NCBI GenBank assembly: GCA_047600805.1
Contig: JASGKG010000001.1
Coordinates: 1,151,133 to 1,215,132 of the forward strand
Source of the DNA: Nibricoccus sp.
GTDB lineage: Bacteria; Verrucomicrobiota; Verrucomicrobiia; Opitutales; Opitutaceae
Length of the DNA stretch: 64,000 nucleotides
Direction: 5' to 3'
Numbering within the stretch: the first letter of the stretch is position 1; each line of letters opens with the position of its first letter. The notes below the pieces were generated by a model. That model had not been told where the DNA came from, did no database searches, and saw only the letters and a program-made list of their open reading frames with translations. Shown one piece after another: positions 1 to 9,860 of this stretch. A program made the translations under genes and the position numbers.

Positions 1-174
<174 letters not shown>

Positions 175-327
175 CGCAGACGCTCGGAACAGGAAAGTGG
201 GCAAACTTCCCGCCCGGCGGAGAGCGCTTTTTTGCGTTTGGCCGCGGATTTGCGAATAGCGTGTGAACAACTGTGAACTTTTTCCAATTGCCGAACGAAA
301 TGCGCACCGCTCAACTCCCCGGTTTTC

Positions 328-3300
328 ATGTATCTCAAGGCTCTCAAGCTGCACGGCTTTAAATCTTTTGCTGATCCCACAACCCTCCGCTTCGAACCCG
401 GCGTCACCGCGGTGGTCGGCCCCAACGGTTGCGGAAAATCCAACATAGCGGACTCGATTCGCTGGGTGCTCGGCGAGCAAAGCGCTAAGGCCCTCCGTGG
501 CGGCAAGATGCAAGACGTCATCTTCGAGGGTGCCGATACGCGCAAGCCGGCGCAGATGTGCGAAGTTTCGCTCTTGCTCACAGACTGCGAAAAGCAACTC
601 GGCACCGAATTCCACGAAGTCGAGATCATGCGTCGCGTGCACCGCGATGGTCAGGGCGAATACTTTTTCAACGGCCAGCCGTGCCGCCTGAAGGACATCC
701 ATAAGCTTTTCATGGACACCGGCATTGGCCGGACAAGTTACTCGATCATGGCGCAAGGCCAGATCGACCAGATCCTTTCGTCCAAACCGGAAGAGCGGCG
801 CGCCGTGTTCGAAGAGGCTGCGGGCATAACTCGTTACAAGAGCCAACGACGCGAGGCGCTGCAGAAGCTTACGTTGACCGATCAGAACTTGGCACGTGTC
901 GCGGACGTCATCGGCGAAGTCGGCCGGCAGATCGGTTCGTTGCGCCGTCAGGCGGCCAAGGCGATTCGCTACAAACGCCTTAGTCATCGCCTGCGGCATC
1001 AGAGTCTCGCGTATAGCAGTTTCCAATACCAACAGCTCGCGGGCACGTTGGCCGAGCTGGAGAGTCGCGTGTCGGTGTTGCGCACCGAAGCGGATACGCG
1101 TCGCACGCGTTTCGAGGAAGAAAACCGCGCGATCGAAGAAAAGAAAGCGCTGCGCAGTCGTTTGAACCAGCGCGTACAAGACGCGCAGCAGGCGGTCTTC
1201 GATCTTCGTACTGAAAAAGAGCAGGCTGAAAACGCAGGGAATCTCGCGCAGATCAAACGCACCGGCCTGCAGGACCGCTTGGAATCTTCGCGCCAAAATC
1301 TCAGCGAAACCGAGATGCAGCTCCGCGAACTCGCCGCGCAAGTCGACACCGGCGCGCAGGACAAACAGATGCAGCTCACGTTGCTCGGCACGTCCGACGC
1401 GACGTTCCAGAATCGTAATCGCGAACTCGCGATCGTCGAAGGCGAGCTCAGCAAACTCGAGCAAGAGCTGCAGCAGTCAAAATTCCAACTGCTCACGCTG
1501 GAAAGCTCGGTGGCGCGTCTCCGCACCGACTGCTCGGCTTACGAAGTCGATCAGAAGACAAGCGTGCATAAACACGACTCGCTGCTTCAGGAAATCGAAG
1601 GCATTCGCCAGCAGCAGAGCGCGGCGGGTCAGGTCGTCGCAGAATTTGAAGCCCGCGTTGAAGAAGCGCTCACGACCAAATCCCGAGCCAACCAAGAATC
1701 TTCCGAGGCGCAGCAGACTGTCGTGAACCTGACCCGCGAGTTCCGCGACGGTCAGCGCAAGCTGCAGGAAATCGACCGCCAAGTCGCGCAGCGCACCGCG
1801 CGGTTGAAGCTCTTGCAACAGCTGCAGGAAAAACTCGAGGGCTTCGGCGAAGGCGCCAAAGCCATTTTGCAGGGCCGTCTCGACGGCGTGCTGAACGGCG
1901 CGAAACCACAACCTGTCACGCAGGGCATCGAGGTGAAGCCGGAGTTCGGGCGCGCCTTGGAGGCGTTGCTTGGTTCGGCGGTTGAAGCCATTTCTGTCGC
2001 GGATCTGGCGACGGCGCACAAGATCATCGCGCAATTGGAAACCGAACAAGTTGGCAGCGTCTGCCTGCAGATCGCTGAGATGAATGGCCATAGCGCCGCG
2101 TCTACTGACGGTTTACCCGCGTTTCTTGCGCCGGCGACGAGCATCCTTCTGAGCGCCGAGGCGACCCATCCCGTTTACGGCCTGCTGAGCAGTTGTTACA
2201 TCGCTGAAGACCTCGCTGCGTTCCTGGAGTTCTGGAAAGCGAATCCGGCGTTTTCATTCCTCGCGATCGCGACGCGGAAGGGTGAAATCGTCGATCGCCG
2301 CGGCCTCGTCTCCGGTGGCCACGCCGGCAAGAAGACCTCGCACAGCATTGTTCAGCGTGAAATCGATCTACGCGAAACCGGCAAAGCGCTGATCGAAGAC
2401 CAGCGTCAGCACGACGAGCAGAAGACGTTGGTGGACGCGATCAACGCGCGTATCGCCGAGGCCGAAGCTCTGGTCGAACAGAAGCGCAACGAAGTTCTCG
2501 CAGCGACGCAAAACCTCGCCGCCGTGCAGACCGAACAGCGCAATGCCCAACGCTCGCTCGATGAGGTCGCCGCTCGCCTCACACGCAAAGAATCTGAGGT
2601 CGGCGCGCTTGAAGCCGCCCGCAACGAAGCGCACGCCCGCTGGGAAAGAGCGCAGACGCAACTCACCGAGGCCGAGACCACGGTGAACCAGGGACGTGAA
2701 CGAATTCAGCAGCTGGAAAAACGTATCGAGGAGGTTCGCACCGACCGCGATGTGAAGCGCGACACGCTCGCACAGGCGCGCCTCGAACTCGCCGAACACC
2801 GCCAAAAAGTCGAAGTGCTCGACCGCGGCATTGCCGACATGGAGCGCCGGCGCGCGCAGCTCAGCGAGTTGCTGGTACAGCGTCAGCAGGAGATTGAAGT
2901 TTGGACCGAGCAAATTTCGGAGCTCGAACGCGAAAACCATTCGAAACGCGCACGCAGTGCGCAAATCTCCGAAACGCTCGTTGTCGCCCAACAGCAGGTT
3001 GAGCAAATCCGCAAGGAACTCGTCGACGTAGAACGCGAGATCGATGCGGTCGAAGCCACGCAGCACGGTTTGCGCACCGAGGCCGAAACGTCGCAGGCGG
3101 AATTCAGCCGTTGCGAAGTGAAGTTGGCCGAGAGCCGTGCGCGCGCTCAGTTCATCAAGGATGAGGTTTCGCACGAATTCCAAGCCGATGTCGCCTCGCT
3201 CGATTGGAAGCGGCTCATTTGGCGCGCGGATGAAGAACCAGAGGGCATGAAACAACTCGACCTCGATGAAGAGGACGAGGAGGAAGGCCAGAAACCGGAC

Positions 3301-4245
3301 GCTGCAGCTCAAAAGACCGAGGCGACCGAACAGCCTGCTCCGGCGCCCGCCACCAGCACCGATGCCCAACCACCGGACGGACAACCCGCTGAAGGTCAGC
3401 CCGAAGCGGCTCCAGCTCAGACTGCCGCCGCGGAAGCGGCTCCGACGAAGCGTCGTCGGAAAAAGAAAGAGCCGCGCGGTGAGCCGACGGAAGCTGATCT
3501 CGCAGCGCTCGACCAAACCAATTGGAACGAAGTAAAAGTTGAAGTCGACGCCACCCGTCAGCGGCTCGCCAGCATGGGTGCAGTCAACCTTGTGGCGATC
3601 GAAGAGTACGCCGAACTGAAGCAGCGTTACGACTTCCTCAAGACGCAGAACGACGATCTAACTAAGTCAAAGGCCGAACTGCTCAAGGCGATCGACGAGA
3701 TCAACAATACCTCGCAGCAACAGTTCGCGATCACCTTCGAACAGATCAAAAAGAACTTCGAGTTTACCTTTAAGACGTTGTTCGGTGGCGGTCACGCTGC
3801 GTTGGAACTGATGCAGGCCGACGATCCGCTCGAAAGCGGCATCGAAATCGTTGCCCAGCCGCCTGGCACAAAGCTCAAGAGCATCACTTTGCTCTCCGGC
3901 GGACAAAAGACACTCACCGCAGTCGGTTTGCTTTTTGCGCTCTACATGGTGAAACCCTCGCCGTTCTGCTTGCTCGACGAACTCGACGCGCCGCTCGACG
4001 AGTCGAACATCGGCCGCTTCACTGACCTGTTGAAACGGTTCGTTAACGACAGCCAATTCATCATCATCACGCACAACAAGCGCACCGTGGCCGCGGCCAG
4101 TGCGATTTACGGTGTGACGATGGAAGAGCGCGGCGTTTCGAAGACGGTTTCGATGCGCTTCAATCACGAGCACGGCGAAGTCGAAACACAAAACATCGCC
4201 GAAGCGGTCAGTGGCGCGAAGGCGCCCGCCCAGGTTGGCGCGTGA
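328..4245 (+). CDS. smc: chromosome partition protein SMC (1305 aa), with an unusual acidic/Pro-Ala-rich low-complexity insert near the C-terminal head
   Basis: N-terminal Walker A FKSFADPTTLRFEPGVTAVVGPNGCGKSNI. Long coiled-coil arms (Q/E/R/L rich) and a hinge. C-terminal LSGGQK signature and Walker B LLDELDAPLD. Confidence 0.95.
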   Translation: MYLKALKLHGFKSFADPTTLRFEPGVTAVVGPNGCGKSNIADSIRWVLGEQSAKALRGGKMQDVIFEGADTRKPAQMCEVSLLLTDCEKQLGTEFHEVEIMRRVHRDGQGEYFFNGQPCRLKDIHKLFMDTGIGRTSYSIMAQGQIDQILSSKPEERRAVFEEAAGITRYKSQRREALQKLTLTDQNLARVADVIGEVGRQIGSLRRQAAKAIRYKRLSHRLRHQSLAYSSFQYQQLAGTLAELESRVSVLRTEADTRRTRFEEENRAIEEKKALRSRLNQRVQDAQQAVFDLRTEKEQAENAGNLAQIKRTGLQDRLESSRQNLSETEMQLRELAAQVDTGAQDKQMQLTLLGTSDATFQNRNRELAIVEGELSKLEQELQQSKFQLLTLESSVARLRTDCSAYEVDQKTSVHKHDSLLQEIEGIRQQQSAAGQVVAEFEARVEEALTTKSRANQESSEAQQTVVNLTREFRDGQRKLQEIDRQVAQRTARLKLLQQLQEKLEGFGEGAKAILQGRLDGVLNGAKPQPVTQGIEVKPEFGRALEALLGSAVEAISVADLATAHKIIAQLETEQVGSVCLQIAEMNGHSAASTDGLPAFLAPATSILLSAEATHPVYGLLSSCYIAEDLAAFLEFWKANPAFSFLAIATRKGEIVDRRGLVSGGHAGKKTSHSIVQREIDLRETGKALIEDQRQHDEQKTLVDAINARIAEAEALVEQKRNEVLAATQNLAAVQTEQRNAQRSLDEVAARLTRKESEVGALEAARNEAHARWERAQTQLTEAETTVNQGRERIQQLEKRIEEVRTDRDVKRDTLAQARLELAEHRQKVEVLDRGIADMERRRAQLSELLVQRQQEIEVWTEQISELERENHSKRARSAQISETLVVAQQQVEQIRKELVDVEREIDAVEATQHGLRTEAETSQAEFSRCEVKLAESRARAQFIKDEVSHEFQADVASLDWKRLIWRADEEPEGMKQLDLDEEDEEEGQKPDAAAQKTEATEQPAPAPATSTDAQPPDGQPAEGQPEAAPAQTAAAEAAPTKRRRKKKEPRGEPTEADLAALDQTNWNEVKVEVDATRQRLASMGAVNLVAIEEYAELKQRYDFLKTQNDDLTKSKAELLKAIDEINNTSQQQFAITFEQIKKNFEFTFKTLFGGGHAALELMQADDPLESGIEIVAQPPGTKLKSITLLSGGQKTLTAVGLLFALYMVKPSPFCLLDELDAPLDESNIGRFTDLLKRFVNDSQFIIITHNKRTVAAASAIYGVTMEERGVSKTVSMRFNHEHGEVETQNIAEAVSGAKAPAQVGA

Positions 4246-4339
4246 TTTTAGGTTAAACTGAGTGGTTTGTTCCGTGTTGCAAATCATGCGCACGGAACAA
4301 GCTTGTCACCGCTCGGCAACCAGCCCTTGTTGATGGGCA

Positions 4340-4774
4340 ATGTGGTCGAGGATCAAGAGTTGGTGGGCCAATTTGAAGCGCGGCTCCGAGCAATCGCGGG
4401 CTGGCGCAGAGGGTGAACGCTTGGCAGCGGCGTTTTTGAAGCGGCAGCGGTATAAGATCATCGCTCGCAACTGGCGCAGTCCGAAGGACCGGCGCGATGA
4501 AATCGATATCGTTTGTCGAGACGGGCGGGTTTTGGTTTTTGTCGAGGTGAAAGCGCGCGCCGCCGACGCGCTCGTTTCAGGCTACCACGCGGTCGACAAA
4601 GCCAAAAAACGCGTGATGCTGCGGGCCTGCACGGAATACCTGCGGGCACTTGGTTCGTCGAAGCCTTCCACCTACCGCTTTGACATTGTGGAGGTCACCC
4701 GCGGCGACTCCGAACAGGAGCCGGTGGTTAGGCATTACGAAAACGTTCCGCTCTTTTCAAAAACGCCCGTGTGA
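4340..4774 (+). CDS. yraN: YraN family (UPF0102) endonuclease-like protein
   Basis: GERLAAAFLKRQRYKIIARNWRSPKDRRDEIDIVCRDGRVLVFVEVKAR matches the YraN core (..NWR...GEIDLI..DG.LVFVEVK.R). Confidence 0.75.
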   Translation: MWSRIKSWWANLKRGSEQSRAGAEGERLAAAFLKRQRYKIIARNWRSPKDRRDEIDIVCRDGRVLVFVEVKARAADALVSGYHAVDKAKKRVMLRACTEYLRALGSSKPSTYRFDIVEVTRGDSEQEPVVRHYENVPLFSKTPV

Positions 4775-4947
4775 CGGCCGCGAAGCATCGACGGCCTAAA
4801 CTCGCGCAAGCGTTTGCCATTCCGAGCCGAACAGCTATCGATGAGGCTTCTGGAATGAATGAAAACCTTTCAACATCGCGGCTCGGTTCATGCGTGAAAT
4901 GCGGCGTCGATCCGGTTTTCTGCAACAGGACTAATTTCAACTAAAAC

Positions 4948-6486
4948 ATGTCAGACGCGAATCGTCATCCGTTCCTCCAGGGCCTTAGCAAACACCGCGG
5001 CGCGCCGCCGACCGTCGTGGTCATTTTCGGTGCCTCTGGCGACTTGACGGCGCGAAAGCTGATTCCTGCGGTCTTCAATCTTGGTTACGACAACCTGTTG
5101 CCGGCCGATTTCTTTCTCGTTGGCTTTGGGCGCAAGGCGATTCCCGACGAAGAATTTCGCAGTCACGCAACGGCGGCGATCAAAGAGTTTTCACGCCGTG
5201 AACTTAACACGGATGTGTGGGGCCGGATCGAGGCCAACACCTCCTATGTAGCCGGCGGTTACGATGAACCGGCCGCTTTCGAACGGCTTGCGAAGCACAT
5301 TGCCGAGATCGAGAAGAAAACCGGTCGCGAGGTACAAACACTGTTTTATATTTCAACACCGCCGTCGGTGTTCGCACCGATTTTGCTCAACCTTGGCGCT
5401 AGCGGACTGGCCCGCCGTTACTTGGGCAGGCGCAATCAGTCGAAGGTGATCATCGAAAAGCCGTTCGGCCGCGATTTGGCGTCGGCGCGCGCGCTCAACA
5501 CGACGATCCGTTCCGTCTTCGAAGAGCATCAAGTTTATCGCATCGACCATTACCTCGGGAAGGAGACGGTTCAGGACTTGTTGGTGCAGCGTTTTGCAAA
5601 CGCGATTTTCGAGCCGCTCTGGAATCGCAATTTTATCGATTCCGTTCAAATCACCGTGGCCGAGGAAGTCGGAGTCGGCACGCGCGGCGGTTATTACGAG
5701 CAGAGTGGGGCGCTGCGGGACATGATCCAGAACCACACGATGCAGCTTGTTGCACTGACGGCGATGGAGCCGCCCGTCTCGCTCGATGCAGAAGCAGTCC
5801 GCGATGAAAAAGTGAAAGTTTTGAAGGCGATCCAACCGCTGCGCCTCGGCACCGGCGGAGATGTGGCCCGTGCGCAATACGCAGCCGGCATGATGGGCGG
5901 CAAAATGGTGAAAGGATACCTGGAAGAAGAGGGGATCAACCCGCAATCAGCCACCGAGACTTATGCTGCGATGCGACTCTCGATCAATAATTGGCGGTGG
6001 CAAGGAGTTCCCTTTTATATCCGCTCTGGAAAGCGCATGGCGCGCCGTGTTTCGGAAATTGCCATCCAGTTCAAGCGGCCGCCGGGCACTCTTTTTGCGG
6101 AAAGCGACAAATTCAACCTAGCGCCCAACACGCTCGCATTTCAAATCCAGCCCGACGAGGGACTGGGCCTGGTTTTGAACGGAAAGGTTCCAGGTTTGGA
6201 AACGCGCATGCAGCCGGTGAAAATGAATTTTAGATACAGCACGACGTTCGGTTCCAACACTCCGGAAGCATATGAGCGGCTGGTTCTGGATGCGATGATC
6301 GGCGACGGCACGCTTTTTATCCGTGGTGACGAAGCGGAAACGTCCTGGGCGCTCTACACGCCGGTATTGGAAGCTTGGGCAGCCGCAGGCCGTGAAGGAA
6401 TGGACAGCTACGCCTCCGGTTCTTGGGGTCCACCGACAGCCGAAGCATTGGTGACCGCCGGCAAACATTCCTGGCGTCAACCGTAA
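4948..6486 (+). CDS. zwf: glucose-6-phosphate 1-dehydrogenase
   Basis: NADP-binding motif VIFGASGDLTARKL. Active-site region EKPFGRDL and RIDHYLGKE. Confidence 0.95.
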   Translation: MSDANRHPFLQGLSKHRGAPPTVVVIFGASGDLTARKLIPAVFNLGYDNLLPADFFLVGFGRKAIPDEEFRSHATAAIKEFSRRELNTDVWGRIEANTSYVAGGYDEPAAFERLAKHIAEIEKKTGREVQTLFYISTPPSVFAPILLNLGASGLARRYLGRRNQSKVIIEKPFGRDLASARALNTTIRSVFEEHQVYRIDHYLGKETVQDLLVQRFANAIFEPLWNRNFIDSVQITVAEEVGVGTRGGYYEQSGALRDMIQNHTMQLVALTAMEPPVSLDAEAVRDEKVKVLKAIQPLRLGTGGDVARAQYAAGMMGGKMVKGYLEEEGINPQSATETYAAMRLSINNWRWQGVPFYIRSGKRMARRVSEIAIQFKRPPGTLFAESDKFNLAPNTLAFQIQPDEGLGLVLNGKVPGLETRMQPVKMNFRYSTTFGSNTPEAYERLVLDAMIGDGTLFIRGDEAETSWALYTPVLEAWAAAGREGMDSYASGSWGPPTAEALVTAGKHSWRQP

Positions 6487-6496
6487 GGGCGTACCT

Positions 6497-7477
6497 ATGG
6501 CAAAGATTTTCGATGCATTGCCGGGAATCGATGTGCCCGTCGCCTCGATTTCGAAGAGCTTGGCGGATATATGGGTGGATACGGCCGCCAAGGGCGGCTC
6601 GGCACCGGCAAGCGACGACGTCAAAGCGACCCAGGTGAATTTTGTTTTGCACTTGGGCTACAACACGACGGTGGAAGACGCTGTCCGCCAGTTCGGCACG
6701 GCCGTGTTGTTCTCCAAACGCGCGCCCAGCCGCGTGGTCGTTCTTTGTCCGTTGCCGATCGACGACAAAAGCACAGAGATGCGCGCAAAGATTTACGGCG
6801 AATGTCATTTGGGGAAAACCAAGGGCGACACGCGCTGCTGCGAGTTCGTTTTGCTCAGCTATCCATTCGAAGCGCGGAAATATTTGGAAAGCCAGCTCTC
6901 GGTCTGCTTGGTGGCTGACCTGCCGCTTTATTACTGGGTTCATCGTTTTGCCTCTATTCATCGGTTGAACGATTATCAGCACCTGTTGCGCCGCTCGGAG
7001 CGCATCTTGATAGACTCCGCGATCTCTGATCCTGAAATCTTCAACTTTGCGTGGCCTCGCCCGGAAGTGGTGCACGATCTTGTTTACGCGCGGTTGCTTC
7101 CGGTGCGGCAATCGATCGGCCAGCTGCTGAGCGGTTATGAGCCCGCGGCGTTGGCGAGAGGACTCACGGCCGTGGTGATCTCGCACGAGGCGAAGTATGC
7201 AGCTGAAGCGCGGGCGTTGCTAAACTGGACACGTGAACGTCTCGCGGGATGTGGCGCCGCTTCCTCAGTTTCTTATGAAACGAAATTGGATCCGACCCCA
7301 GGCGCGTTGAAGTTGGATTTCAACTACAATGATGGCCGTTATTTTAGGTGGCATGCGGACTTGGTTCAAAAAAGCGCGTCCATCGAAGCAGATCTTGGCG
7401 CCGGCAAGTCGACACTCCTTATCGCGGTGAGTCTGTTGGCCCGTGACGCTGCGTTGAGCGACGCATTGTTTTTCTGA
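6497..7477 (+). CDS. putative glucose-6-phosphate dehydrogenase assembly protein (OpcA-like)
   Basis: 326 aa cytoplasmic protein located between zwf and pgl, the conserved position of opcA in zwf operons. My sequence-level recognition of OpcA here is weak. Confidence 0.45.
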   Translation: MAKIFDALPGIDVPVASISKSLADIWVDTAAKGGSAPASDDVKATQVNFVLHLGYNTTVEDAVRQFGTAVLFSKRAPSRVVVLCPLPIDDKSTEMRAKIYGECHLGKTKGDTRCCEFVLLSYPFEARKYLESQLSVCLVADLPLYYWVHRFASIHRLNDYQHLLRRSERILIDSAISDPEIFNFAWPRPEVVHDLVYARLLPVRQSIGQLLSGYEPAALARGLTAVVISHEAKYAAEARALLNWTRERLAGCGAASSVSYETKLDPTPGALKLDFNYNDGRYFRWHADLVQKSASIEADLGAGKSTLLIAVSLLARDAALSDALFF

Positions 7478-7494
7478 GGAATACCCTAAGTATC

Positions 7495-8229
7495 GTGACT
7501 ACAGTCAAAAAAACAGATTACGGCCGCGTGATCGTCGGCACTCCGGAAGAACTGTTTAGGACCGCCGTGACATTGGTTGCGGAGGCGCACGGCAAACCGC
7601 GCACGGGTCCGTTCGACTGGGCGCTCACCGGCGGTTCAACCCCGAAAGAGTGGTATCGTTGGTGCGTCGAGAACCGCGCCATTCCGGAGGCTGTGCTCAA
7701 GAGCACACGTTTCACCGTGAGCGACGAACGTTGTGTGCCGCTGCACAGTGATCAGAGCAACTTTGGCACCGCGGAACGGCTGCTGCTGAGCCCTTTGGGA
7801 GTACCTGTGACACAACAGCATCCGTGGCCTGTGCATCTGTTGCCGGCCGAAGCGGCAGACGCGTATGAAAAGTCGCGCGTGGGATTTACCGCAAAGCCGC
7901 GCGGATATTCGGTTTGTTTTCTTGGAATGGGCGAGGATGGCCACACCGCGTCTATCTTTCCGAAGAGTCCGCTGCTATTGGACACCTCGGGTCGCCGTTT
8001 TGCCGCGATTGAAGTTCCCGGAAAAGGGTGGCGTTTGACGGTAACGCCTGCCGGGCTTAGTGATAGTGAGCTGATCGTTATCATGGCGCTCGGAGCTTCC
8101 AAAGCGGCGATGCTGGGGCGTGTATTCAAAAGTCCCTACAATCCGTCGGAGACCCCGGTTCAGCTCGTGAAATCTTGGAGAGATCGGGTGATTTGGCTGG
8201 TCGATCCTGTTGCTGCTGCCGGGGTTTAG
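7495..8229 (+). CDS. pgl: 6-phosphogluconolactonase
   Basis: Motifs of the NagB/Pgl/DevB family: DWALTGGSTPKEWY and FLGMGEDGHTASIFP. Lies directly downstream of zwf and the OpcA-like gene. Confidence 0.85.
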   Translation: MTTVKKTDYGRVIVGTPEELFRTAVTLVAEAHGKPRTGPFDWALTGGSTPKEWYRWCVENRAIPEAVLKSTRFTVSDERCVPLHSDQSNFGTAERLLLSPLGVPVTQQHPWPVHLLPAEAADAYEKSRVGFTAKPRGYSVCFLGMGEDGHTASIFPKSPLLLDTSGRRFAAIEVPGKGWRLTVTPAGLSDSELIVIMALGASKAAMLGRVFKSPYNPSETPVQLVKSWRDRVIWLVDPVAAAGV

Positions 8230-8863
8230 ACCCTACGAAGCGGAATAATCGCGAAACTAAAGTCGGTCGAAATCGGACCGATTAATGAAGTGTCAGGAGA
8301 GGCGGCGACATGCTGTATCAGACCTGACGCACTTCGCACTTCCGTGAAAAATTTCCATTTCGTTTTCGACGCGCCCCCTGCGCAACCCTCAGCCACCTCA
8401 TCGTTGGAAGATATTCTCGCGTGGTCGGTCTGGTGTGCGATGGACCAAGCGCTGAAGGATATCGTTTTCGACGAGTGCGAGGACGGCCTCAAAGTCGGAT
8501 GCCTCGACTATCGCGTACGTGGAAAGTATCACGGCCCTCGGTACGTGCCGCTCGCGCGCTTCCCGCATCTGCGCGGCTCTCCGCTTCGCAAGTTCCCAAC
8601 GAAGGCCTCTGGCATCGTCGACATGGGCGACATTACCTGGAGCATCCGGGTGTGGATTTGTGAAAAATTAACCGCGGATGTTTCGCGGCTCTGTGCCATC
8701 GTCCAACTGCTTCCTCCGTCTGGAGCTTGAGGCGGCTGCGATTCGGCAGGCTTTTCCGGCAAAACGGGTTAGTCTTAAAACCTGCAGTTACGTGCACATG
8801 CACGTACATTCTAGGACACGCAGTTGATCGCGTGCTAAAAGCTTTAGCAGCTAAGCTGCTGTG

Positions 8864-9058
8864 TTACTCGCGCTTCTGCACGCAATAGAGTGCAGCGAGC
8901 ATCGCAAGGCCCAAGGCCAGCCAGTCGTCCAACGATCCGCTTCCAATCGCGCCCGGACGGGTCGAAGCGGAAGCGCCATTGGCGAAGATGGCAAAGAAGA
9001 CGGCGGCGAAAGCGAACCTGCGGAGTAAGCGGAGAACTGTGACTAGCTGGAGGGGCAT
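8864..9058 (-). CDS. small hypothetical membrane protein (64 aa): signal-peptide-like N-terminus plus C-terminal TM helix with basic tail
   Basis: N-terminal MPLQLVTVLRLLRRFAFAAVFFAIFANGASAS and C-terminal WLALGLAMLAALYCVQKRE. No recognisable family, and it sits in a region of low coding density. Confidence 0.25.
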   Translation of the reverse strand: MPLQLVTVLRLLRRFAFAAVFFAIFANGASASTRPGAIGSGSLDDWLALGLAMLAALYCVQKRE

Positions 9059-9248
9059 GGCGACATTTGGATTGGCGAGAAGGTAACGGGTGTCGCTTGT
9101 AGTTAAGGTCGATTTGTAAATACGTCACGGCTTGGAAAATTTCCAAGGCTAATATCACGAAAAGCCGCCAAAACTCGGTAAAACTGATAGCTGACCAAGC
9201 GTTGGTGCTTAGCGTCGGTTGGGATTTTATCCCGCGGAGGGCTGAGGC

Positions 9249-9860
9249 TTAATCTGTAATCAGAGCAATCTGAATTCCGGGGCCGTGGACGCCTTGAATT
9301 AGAATACCCTCAACGTCAGCGGTTTTCGACGGGCCAGTGCACCATATCACGTTGGGATCTTCCCCCAGAGTGGTCACTGCTGCTGCGAGATCCGGAAGAA
9401 TATCACGCTTCGAAACGACAGCGACGTGAGTCCAAGGGGCGAGCGCACCCAAACGCGACGACGTACTTTTGTCCTTAAGTATGATCGAACCCGTTTCGGC
9501 GATCGCTCCGACCGCGCGCGTAATGCCGAACTGGAAATCGTCGACACGTTTCCGGTCGAACGACGTTTCTACTTGGAAGGGCTCGCCGAAGGCAGTTTTC
9601 AGCGTCGGCCACAGTTCGGGATCGCAGTATCCGCGTGTATTCCCTTGAGCCTTCAACCAATCGGCCAGTGCGGTTGCGTTGTCGAACGACTGCCCATTGA
9701 CGAGCTTGAGCCGCTCTTTGAAAACGTTGGTGGCATCAGCAAAGGAAAGGCTGGGCATGGTGGCGGTCTTCTCGCCGTATTCGGGAAGTGCGGCGCGTTT
9801 TTGGAGCGGTGCAAGAGCAGCGCGGACCCGGCCGATGATTTTTTCGCGAGAGGCGTTCAT
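9249..9860 (-). CDS. lutC: lactate utilization protein C (LutC/YkgG, LUD domain)
   Basis: About 200 aa LUD-domain-like protein, last gene of the lutA-lutB-lutC order. Its start overlaps the lutB stop (9857..9860). Confidence 0.7.
   Translation of the reverse strand: MNASREKIIGRVRAALAPLQKRAALPEYGEKTATMPSLSFADATNVFKERLKLVNGQSFDNATALADWLKAQGNTRGYCDPELWPTLKTAFGEPFQVETSFDRKRVDDFQFGITRAVGAIAETGSIILKDKSTSSRLGALAPWTHVAVVSKRDILPDLAAAVTTLGEDPNVIWCTGPSKTADVEGILIQGVHGPGIQIALITD

Noticed and set aside
2368-3516. 382-aa ORF antisense to smc, with several smaller antisense ORFs (896..1165, 999..1526, 1477..2091, 1752..2144)
   Set aside because: Shadow ORFs typical of high-GC DNA. They have Arg/Ala/Ser-rich low-complexity translations and are fully contained within the strongly supported smc gene.
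8290-8730. 146-aa plus-strand ORF (and overlapping 8226..8492 minus-strand ORF) in the pgl-lutC gap
   Set aside because: No recognisable family and no convincing start context. The two ORFs are mutually overlapping on opposite strands, and the region has atypical composition. I recorded it only as a low-coding island.
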